Assembly: GCA_964304625.1 (NCBI GenBank) | Contig: OZ199838.1 | Location: 5,043,489-5,107,488, forward strand | Source of the DNA: Kudoa neothunni | Taxonomy: Eukaryota > Animalia > Cnidaria | Length of the DNA: 64,000 nucleotides | Direction of reading: 5' to 3' | In this document: positions 54,176 through 64,000 of the stretch, one piece after another | How positions within the stretch are numbered: position 1 is the first letter of the stretch | Layout: each line of letters begins with the position of its first letter | The notes under the pieces: model-generated | What the model was told of the DNA's origin: nothing | The model's input: the letters and a program-made list of their open reading frames with translations, nothing else | The model's database searches: none | Program-made: the position numbers and the translations under genes

Positions 54176-54443
54176 TGGTGGTTTCTAACCGATGATCCGT
54201 ATGGGTCGCCTAAGGGATCCGTAGCAGCGGAAGAGTATCGAAAACAATAGTAGTATCTATTTACAAACACATGTCTTCAAAATATTTGGTGTCGATTAAA
54301 TTTTAGGAATAATATATTTTAATTTTTTGTAAATAAATTCATTAAATTTGTTCTAAGCCTTCTATTTCATGTGTTTACAATTTCCTTAATATATTTTGAG
54401 GTCCGCAAGACAAATACAATTCCAAACAGGTTTAAAACCACTT
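54176..54443. mobile_element. hAT-type MITE (same family as 17686-17951)
   Basis: Termini GTGGTTTCTAACC / GGTTTAAAACCAC. Internal GATCCG.AGCA...TCTATTTACAAA matches the reverse complement of the 17.7-kb copy. Confidence 0.65.
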
Positions 54444-54522
54444 CCTTGAGATTCGCAAAAACGTATACACTCTAACGAACATGGGGTCCGTTGGACCCCA
54501 AAGTGGTTTTAAAATGATTATA

Positions 54523-56516
54523 CCGTCGAGATTGGATATTGCGTGATTCGGTATTGCGTAATTTAAGATTTTCGATATGAAGATATTTACATTGGGATTT
54601 AATTTTAGATTTATATCATTACTTTATTTCTTAAATTAATAATATAGAATAAAAATAAAAAAATATTTTTTCTATGTGCCTCTGATTTAGTATTGCGTAA
54701 AACCTTTTTATTGCGTAACGTAAATTACCAACGTGACTCGATATTGCGTGATTTCATCTTCAGTATGTCCAGGGAGCAGCGTGAAATTTCTGAGAAAATT
54801 AGAATAATACAATTCAATAAAATCAATAAAGGGCGCAAAGAAAATGACGGTTGAAAAGTTTAAACTTGGTGGTATGATTATTTTTAATCGATAACAATTT
54901 ATTTCTTAAAGGACATTCAACGCTTGACCGAATTCTTTCTCATGAAACCAAGCTGAAAAATTCAGATATTGCAGGAAATAGGAAGAGGCATTCAAATGGA
55001 AGATTTATCAACATAAACGAAGAAGTTTATAAAAAACCCACCAATGGTCACATTATTTCTGATGACGTAATACTTGAAATGGCCACCATAATTTTCAGAA
55101 AGAATGTAGTTTAAAATTTTAAAGCAAGCAGGGGTTGGCTAGCGGGGTTTAAAAAAAGGTTTGGAATCATTTTCAAGCATTTTCATGGTGAAGCTGCGAG
55201 CGCTAACGTCGCGTCTATTGATTCGTGGATCTATGAAAATAAAAATTTGATAAGCATATATAGCCCAAAAAATATAATCAATATTGACGAAACTGGTTTG
55301 TTTTATGAGCAATTACAGAACAGTAGTTATTTATTAAAAGAAGAAAATGACATTAAAGGTAAAAAGCTATCGAAAAAAAGAATAACGATTTTGGTATCGT
55401 GCTCTTTAAGCGGAGAAAAGGAGCCCTTAGTCGTAATTGGGAAATACCAAAACCCCAGGTGCTTCAAGCGGGTAAAAAATTTACCTTGTGAGTATTATGC
55501 CCCAAAAAATTCTTGGGTGACCTCTGCTATTTTTTTCCAGATAATGAAAAAATTAAATTTTAAAATGGAGTCAGAACAACGAAAAATACTAATCTTGCTG
55601 GACCAATGTCCAGTACATCCCAAAGATATCACTTGCTTTAGTGAAGTTTCTCTTCTTACCTAAAAATACTACGTGTTTTACATCCACTCGATCTCGGAGT
55701 GATTAATTGTCTCAAAAGTAGATATAAAAAAATATTGTGTAGCCATATGGCATTATGCGATGATTCGTTAAATAATAAATTTACATTACTTAATGCAATT
55801 TTGACACTCTAAGAAGCATGGAATAGTATTCCACCTGAAATTATTGTCAACTGTTTTAAAAAGTCGGGCATATTTAGCGAAAGTAAAAGCTAATGGGAAC
55901 TTCAAAAATTAATCCATTATCATAGGAGATACAGAGACGGAAACAAATGATAAAATTTTCAAAGATGAACACAGTATAAATATACAATAAAATTTTGATA
56001 TTTTTATAGTCGAGGAGGAAACATGGGACACCAACTTTGATGATGATAACTTACCTACTTGTGAAGAATATAACGGCGATGTCTTAATATCAACAGTGAA
56101 TCCAATTAAGAATGAAATCGAATCTGATGAGGAAGAACCAAAAGTTCCAATAAAAGATATAAAGCATGCCGTAAGTACATTAAGGAAGGTGTTTATTCAA
56201 GAAGATCCATCTGGACTCACCGATCTTCATCCAATAATGGATCGAATTTTAAAAATATCATCTGAAAGATGGCACCAAACTAAAATTACTTCATTTTTTC
56301 ATAAAAATTAATAATTTTATCTGGTTGAGTTAAATAAAATTCCTTATATTTATTATATTTCACTAGCGATGATTTGAAGTAGGATAAACGCACAAAACAA
56401 GTTTAAATCGAATATTTTTACAAGCGCGCATATGCGTGACTAGATATTGCGTAAAACCTTTTTATTGCGTAATTTTTCCTTGGTCCCAAAAATTACGCAA
56501 TATCGAATCTCGACTG
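54523..56516 (+). mobile_element. Tigger/pogo (Tc1-mariner) transposon with disrupted transposase
   Basis: TA flanks; TIR C(A/C)GTCGAGATT(C/G)GATATTGCGT. CENP-B-type HTH FKASRGWLAGFKKRFGI; DDE_1 motifs NIDETGLFY, LLDQCPVH, HPLDLGVI; terminal QTKITSFF. Frameshifts and stops present. Confidence 0.92.
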
Positions 56517-57224
56517 TAATATTTTAAATATTCTTCCAAACATTTTAATTTTATGTTACTATCGTTAAATTACGATATTCACAGTTTATTAAACTTTGGA
56601 TAAAAACTAACAAAATTACGCTTTGAAATAAAAATTGACACCCTACGAATTTGGGGTCTTTTGGACCCCAGAATTTTATTATACGATAATTAATAAAAAA
56701 AATATTTCAAAATGCCAAACAAATTTTAAGTAATTTCTACTGACTGAATTTTGAGAAAAAGAAAATTCATCGGGCCAATTGATCCTCCCCAAGTCAATTC
56801 GGCAAGCTAATATAAGTATCGTACAAGCTCGCTGGATGATAAATCAAGCGTGCTAGTTGTTGCATGTCTAGAATGCAAATTCTTAGGTTTTTAATAAACT
56901 TGAAATGTTTGAAATTAAATAGTTTGATATTTATTGTTTCTAAAAACTACAACTAATTAACAATCGTAGGATCAGAATGTGATTAAATCCCCCGATTAAT
57001 TTTGTTCAAAGAAATCGGAATTATGGAATAAAACTTTAAAAAAGTATTGTGTAGATTTTTTCCTCATCAAAATGACAAAAAATAAACACTCGGTGCATTA
57101 GTTTTGAGGATACTTCGGTCGATTTCATTATTCGCGTAAGTATAATTAATGTTCAAAACAAAAATCTATTGACTTTGATATTCAACTTTTTTTGCTTTGT
57201 TGATGTTTATTTCTTCCTCTATAG

Positions 57225-58436
57225 CAATGGTTCTTAACCTTTTTTCCCTCGGACTCCTAATTTGTTTAAGGACTTATCACGGATCCCATCTTGTTTAATG
57301 CATAATGCAATCATACATATAAATATTTTACCCTTTCGTTCCTATTGTTCACTTCAGCGAACAGATTAAAAAATATTTGACGTTATTGTTAAATTATTTA
57401 TTTAAAAAGAAATAAATTTCAAATTGTATATAATTTTAATATTAGTTTAATTTAAAAAATTCTTGATGAAAAAGAAAAATTTGGGAACGAAAATAAAAAC
57501 ATGAATTATTTATCCATTATCCTCGATTTTTTTTAATATTTTTTATGTAACTTAATTATATAGTGTTTATTTTAAAATATGTATTAACAATTTTAAATCA
57601 CTAATACGTCAATTTTTTCTTGTAATAAAACAAAAAAGATAAAAACTATGAAATCTCTCCCTGTGATTTTTTTAGAAATTATTAAAATTCCAACCAAATA
57701 TAGACAATGATGCATAATATTTTAAAATACAAAATTTAATGAAATTTGTTAAATTATTATCTATACATGGGTAAATGTTTAAAAATAAAATCCATAAAAA
57801 AGTTTCTGAATGAAAAATGTTCTTGTAATAATCGAATTATTTTTTACATACGAAATCTTTATTTTTGTTAATTATTGCGTTTACTACAATAAAGAGTTAA
57901 TAGGCGTGGAATTTTTATAAAATAGAATGCGAGATTACTGCAAAAACCCTACTTTTTTATAAATAATAGACATAAAAATATTTAATGAGATTCTTGTGGT
58001 TTCTTTCTATCAATAAGTTCACAGAATTATGACGAGTATTTAAAAGAGAAACACGCATATTAACGATTTTGTGACCTTTTTATGGGAACCAACATGGAAA
58101 TCTAGTTTCGCAATAATAGCTTTTTGTAAAAGGAGTAATCAATCCAATAGAATACTCTGCAACATCAAGAAGTATATTTTGGAAATTTTTAGTTTTAATC
58201 AAACAACGTACTGAATAGTTTTTTCTTTATAGATTTTTTACAAAATAAATTATAACACAAGGAAATTTTGTAATAAATAGAAAATGCTTATAAGAAACAA
58301 TGACGCAAGGGTATATTTCAAATTTATAATAATTACGCTAATGTTTAAAAATACCTGATTACAATGAATGTATGACGATAAAATTGGATTCAGATTTGAT
58401 TTAAATCACTCACGGACCCCAGGTTAAGAACCGCTG
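57225..58436. mobile_element. hAT-type non-autonomous element
   Basis: TIR CAATGGTTCTTAACCT / AGGTTAAGAACCGCTG; 8-bp TSD CTCTATAG / CTCTGTAG. Confidence 0.88.
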
Positions 58437-58469
58437 CTCTGTAGGATGAAAAATAGTTGATTTATTTAA

Positions 58470-60785
58470 CCCTCTAATGATCCCAACAACGATGAGATGA
58501 ACGTGTAATGGACTTTGGGTGAAATTTTATTCCATATTTTTTTGAATTATAACACTTTAAAAAATCTAATAATCAATATTATAGAATAATTCTTAATTCC
58601 TATGAATGAAACGCTCGAAAAGTTATGTTAAATTTTGACGCAATCCACGCGATAATCGGCTTCGTTTACGATCCGTCTTATCTTATATCGGTACACATCT
58701 ATGTTTCATTGAAAAAGTGATTGCGTTAATGCAGCGGAATTAAACGTGTTGCGCCAGTTGAAATATTAAAATAAAATATACAAAGAATTCTTAACAATTA
58801 TGCGATGTTAAAACAGTTTTTAAATGCGTGAATTGGACAATGAAACTTTTGACAATTTTGCACCATTTAGGAGATTTTTTATCATTTTTCCTCTCACTGT
58901 ATCCACACGTTGCTCGCTTTACATTAAAAAGAGGTTCCAGTTTGGACGCATAAACAATGCTGAGACCTGTTTTTATTGCTTTGTTTGTGGAATTTGGTGT
59001 CAACAAGGTTTTGTTTAATTGTTCAACGATTTTTTTAAGAAAATCATGCATTTTGATTTATTGGGAACATAAGATACCAACATATACTTTTCACAGAATA
59101 CAAAAATGCTGCCAGAGGGGACTCTATTTGGTGATGATTGGAGGTATGGTGGTATCTCTAGTTTTTAACGTAATGTCTCTATAGTCAATTTTTTCCAACA
59201 ATTTTTCAGCAAGAAGCATCGGTAAGAAGACATTTTCGTCAACAACATGATGATCATTACCTGATAAACAAAATTCATCAATGTAATCATTAGAATCACA
59301 CATCTTCATATAATTCGCGCATATGATTAAATTAATTTATCTAACATTTCCTTACTTTCTACAAAAACTACTCGTTGGAATTTTATTTAAGTTAGAAGTG
59401 GTTTACATTTTTGAAATATTTTTAATCAAACAAAACTTGGGGTAAATTTTACCCCAACGACCATTACAAGATAAAATCTACTATCTATCTACCATATATA
59501 TAAAGCTGAAGTGTCCGTGTGTGTGTGTGTCAACAAGTATGCATGTGCGTCAAAAATTTTTCCTTATAGAGAGATATTTATGAAATTTTTTAAAGATCGC
59601 AATGTTTCAAAAAATCTTTAAATAATTTTCACACTACCAAATGTTCCCTTAAATGTTTAGAAAATGGTGATTTTATCGATTCAAAGTTTGTTTATCAGAT
59701 TACTTGAGTTTAACAATACGATTAACACCTGCTTATGACCTGCTGGTGGTCGGTTGAAGTTAATTTTCCCCTTTATATGCTCTATCAAATGACGATTAGC
59801 TGCTGCTATCTGACTTTTTATATAAACTTAGTGTATAAATTTAGGTGTTCGTGCAGATACACTCCTTATTTGTGGAGTTTAAACGTATATGACTTGATAA
59901 GTATATTTTAAAGTTCGATTAATGGTTTTCGATGTGATAAAAAATCTATATTTGTTTCATTAATAGCGAATTAGTTGTGTATGCGATCATCGGATAGATT
60001 AAAGCCTTAGAATAAACGCACTGTGTCTGTAGATTTATTTGAAATCGTCCGCTAAGTTGAACTTTCAGTGATTAAATTCTATGTAGATGATTGTACTTTT
60101 ACTCCATCCGATTATTTAAATTGTTTATGTTGAAGTTTACGCGATTTTTAGCTGTTTGCTTGGGAAAAGTGTATTAACGTTTATGTTGGGCAACGCGATG
60201 CTAATTTTAACAATATCAATTTATTTTCGTACGGTTTCTTTTATCTCTATTATTTTTTCTATTTTTTTATCTCTTAAAAAGTTAGTGATGCACACAGATA
60301 CTGAGCCGGGCCAGAATTCGACTTTTAAAAATCCTCCGGGCTAAGATTAACGTTTAAGATAACATTTTAGCGGGATTTAAATGAGGAATTTATAAAAATA
60401 CGACATTGACAATAAATTATTTAGCATTGGTGCCGGGCCACGAAATTTTTAAATGAACCCCGGGATTGATACTTTCCTTCACAGAAAGAATCATAATTTA
60501 AATTTCGCTAATCCAAATCGTTGAAAGTGTTACTTAAAATTTTAGTTATTTTGCATCTATAGGTTAATTTGAAACTTCAGTATATTTTTGAATGTTATTA
60601 AGAAATGTCTCTATGCGAAATCTCCCCAGGTGACGCTGGGCAATTTCCGCTAATAAAAATTAAACTTGTACAATAATTTGTCGAAAAAAATTTTTTCGTC
60701 CAACCAAAGACAAAATTTTATTAGAAGAATAACTGGAATATATTAAGTATTAGTTTACTTTTTAAAAAGATATACCATTAGAGGG
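58470..60785 (-). mobile_element. piggyBac relic interrupted by a Helitron
   Basis: TTAA-CCCTCTAATG ... CATTAGAGGG-TTGA. ORF 58791-59051 FLKKIVEQL...KRATCGYSERKNDKKSPKWCK resembles the piggyBac C-terminal Cys-rich region. Confidence 0.8.
59477..60653 (+). mobile_element. Non-autonomous Helitron-like element
   Basis: Starts with TC after an A, then TATATAAAGCTGAAG and a (GT)n microsatellite. 3' hairpin CCCAG-GTGACG-CTGGG (60625-60640), then CTAA followed by T. No TSD. Confidence 0.75.
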
Positions 60786-62472
60786 TTGAACGAAAATTTA
60801 CGGAACGTTATAAGGCCCACCGAATAGTATTTTGAAGGATTAATTGGCCAACGAATCACCTTTTTCTCATTCTGTCGGTGGAGATTTCTTAGAATTCGGT
60901 TGAAATTTCGAAACATTTGTTATTAACTTTCGTAAAATAACAAATGGGGTCCGATAGACCACAAGTTAATAGGAGTGTAGTCGGTTTTGTGTACTTTAAG
61001 ATCAATAGCAATTAAAGCGTTTTAAATAGATTTTGCAATTAACACGCTAAAATATATATGGACAATAAAAGTAGGAGCATTATTTATTTTTCCTCATATT
61101 GTTGAAATTTAAAATATTTAATTTTGAGCTTATGACTAGCAAACTTTTCATTATATTTTCGATATGACTATTTAACTTATAAGTTTTGTCTTCATCAAAT
61201 AATTTAAAAATTTTTATTAATATTCCAAGTTTTATATGTTTTTAAATAATCTTTATCCATATTATAATTAGACTAATATTATAAGTTCATCTTTAGAGCA
61301 ACTTAATAGAAATAACTTTTTATGTAACTCATTATTCGTTAAATCTTGTCATGACATCGTCTTTATATTGTATAGTGCAGTTACCTTAATTTTAAGTATA
61401 GAATCAATATATCAATAAATTATGGAGCTATAGTAATATATTTAACCTAAATATTTTTTCTTTAAAATCCTAAATGATTTTGTTTAGAACATATTAATAT
61501 ACAAAATTACCATCTATTTTGAAAATGAGCATCTCTATGTTAAATTCATTTGAGAAGTGAGTAGAGAATCTTTCAAAATTTTCATTTTACTTGTTAAAAT
61601 GAATTAACGCGAGTTAAAACTTAGATGTAAAAAATATTTCCCTTTACACTGAAAAAATAAGTAACAATTAAAATCACTCTTTATTTATAAAAAAAATTTT
61701 AATATTAAGTTATGAATTTCTTATCTCATTGGTCCTTTTGAATCAAACTTTAATAAAGATATATCAGTTAAAACATCCATATTCTAGAACTAGTATTTCC
61801 AATAACATGTTTAAGTTATGCTGATAGATAACCTGATTAACTTTATTACAATGACCTTTGTGATTGATCATTTATTTTCCACTTAATTTTGTTCAACAAA
61901 AATTTATACTGAATAGAAAAGATGATCCGAAACAAGCCATTTAATATAAGCATGTAAAATCAAAATTAATCTTCCCATAATTATTTATTGGTTAAAGTAC
62001 AACAAGTAAATTTACATTTTTCCGGTTAAGTATTGGTTGGCTTTTCAATGTTTATTTAAATTATATGCTTAATATTCAAAAATATAATGATTTAATCGAA
62101 AAATCTGATACATAGTAACTGAAAATTTTCTCATAAAACATAATGTTATAGATTATTACTAAGTAGTAATTTAACGGATGCTTCCCCGTCTCGCTAGAGC
62201 TTCACCTTTATTATACTATTGGATCCTATTAGAAACTTTGAGTCTACTAAACACAACATTTAACTTCAGGATTTAATTTAGAATTAATTGAACGATCAAT
62301 TGGAGTTTGTAATAAAAAGAGAGGAAAAATAACAAATATTAAATTGAGGGTCCACCGGGACCTTGGGCTACCTTTGGAGAATTAATAAGCCATTATCCGG
62401 GTTAAGACAAAAATTAAAATTAATAATCCGAGCATTAAATCAAGGTGACAATAGTGAATCTACTACAGGCTA

Positions 62473-64000
62473 ATGATCGATCAAGGTAAGTATATTCCTA
62501 CCAATACAAAGGTTGTCCATGTTGGTACGTTTTGGCTTGGAGGTGTATATGTGGTAGGTTCGGAGTCACATAAGTTTAATCCACACAAAATTTAAGTAAT
62601 GTGAAATTCTTAATGCCTCCATTTTTTTCAATTTTGCACTAAAATAACTATTTGTCTATTTAACAAAGATCCAATAAAGGCCACTCAAAGCTGTTCTCTA
62701 AATGTTTTCTACCAATTCATGCTTTTTGTTACATGACATACTTTATTTATTTGATTATTAAATTGAGTGATTAATTAAACTCCTATGTCTAACTTTCTTT
62801 CTATTCTTTGAAACCATTTCATTTTATGTTTTATTTTAAGATCGTTTTACATCCGTTATGTTAGGTTACATGAAATAACATGGCAACCCCAATCAATGCT
62901 CACTTCTAATAATATAGTTAACCTTTACACTTATGATTCATCTTTAGGAGCAATAAACTATCCTCCGAAAAAACACTCTAAGATTCCAAAATATTAACCT
63001 TGTATGTGAAGATCTAGTTATTCTGAGTGATATCCACGGAGAAATTTCCTCACAGAGTATGGTAGCTCTCATGGGTCCTAGTGGTAGAATTATTATATAA
63101 ACTCCTAATGTTATTTGTCCCTATGTTTGAATAATTTTTATAGGTAGTGGAAAATCATCACTTTTGAATGTGTTGAGTTATCGACGTGAATTGCTTGGAA
63201 ATGCTGTCTCTAGTGGATACATCAGTTTGAACGATGTAATGCTAACTAAAAAGGATCGATACCGCATAGGTTATGTGATGCAAGAGGATATATTTTTTCC
63301 CCACATTGACTCTATACGAAACTCTCACAGTATCAGTTTGTATAATGCTTAAACAAATTAAAATGTTGACTTAAGTTCTACGTAAATTTACGAAATTTCT
63401 AAGAAGTATACTCACGATGAAAAGGAAATTATAGTATTTAAATGTCTAATTTTAATTAATTTTGATTATTTTTCTGCCAAGATAGCAAAAACTTGCTCAA
63501 AGTATGCATCTTGAAAACTGTATGAATACAAGTACATTTTAAAATGTTTATACTGGATATAATACTAAAAAATATTGTTGCTTAAAGTAATGGGAGGTGG
63601 TATCATACGAGGATTGTCAGGAGGTATAACAATCTTTGCTTTGTAAGAACATAGTTATTGGACAAAAATTAAGGTGAAAGAAAGCGTGCTAGTGTGGCGT
63701 GTGAACTTATTACCGACCCTGTTATTCTTATGTTGGATGTATTTTATTTTTTCAAGATTTTAAGAGGCAATACTAACTAGACACAAAAAAATAGGAACCC
63801 ACTTCTGGCTTAGATGCTTACATGGCAGCAACAGTTGTCAATATCTTGAAAGATTATTGTATAACAAGAAAAAAAAATTGTTATTGCATCGATTCATCAA
63901 CCTAATAGTCAAACTTTTCATTGCTTTGACCATCTTGTATTATTAACGTGTGGAAAAGTAAGTTGCTTCATTACGTTTTACAACAACCGCCTGTTTTAAT
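62473..64000 (+). CDS. ABCG half transporter, copy 2 (5' part; runs off the window)
   Basis: Same exon structure and motifs as copy 1 (GPSG/SGKS, GYVMQED, RGLSG/GERKR, EPTSGLD, SIHQP). First exon is tentative; apparent indels in homopolymer runs. Confidence 0.88.

Larger units (their letters stand above)
54468..60977. mobile_element. Old outer TIR element hosting nested insertions
   Basis: Ungapped ~33-bp imperfect inverted repeat: TA-CACTC..GGGGTCCGTTGGACCCC at the left, GGGGTCCGATAGACCAC..GAGTG-TA at the right. A second palindrome lies at 56653. Confidence 0.5.

Noticed and set aside
22295-60962. Dispersed GGGG..CCCC palindromes as CRISPR-like repeats or recombination sites
   Set aside because: Not regularly spaced, and explained as transposon subterminal repeats in a eukaryotic context.
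1-64000. tRNA, rRNA, snRNA or spliced-leader RNA genes
   Set aside because: No convincing cloverleaf or snRNA signature seen by eye; a covariance-model scan would be needed to exclude them.

Overview
This is AT-rich eukaryotic, most likely animal, genomic DNA with tiny (~35-60 nt) GT-AG introns and strongly diverged proteins. That style suggests a fast-evolving, compact-intron metazoan such as a myxozoan or orthonectid (inference only). Genes recognised by hand splicing: TFIIS (-), a probable lysosomal-type membrane glycoprotein (+), an unassigned short-collagen protein (+), GBF1 (-) head-to-head with PRPF6 (+), CAP/Srv2 (+), a TRAPPC10-like gene (-), and two tandem ABCG half-transporters (+, the second cut by the window end). 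Intergenic DNA and long introns are packed with decayed DNA transposons: several piggyBac-type families, hAT-type MITEs, a Tigger/pogo element and a non-autonomous Helitron, with multi-level nesting at 54-61 kb. Small indels break even essential genes, which is most consistent with assembly consensus errors. I see no convincing evidence of a wholly new multi-gene system. The best leads are the 12-triplet collagen/coiled-coil/Gly-rich orphan, the CAP apparently lacking its N-terminal oligomerisation segment, the AAG-rich splice acceptors, and the shared palindrome architecture of the piggyBac ends. All coordinates and homologies were read by eye, without database searches.
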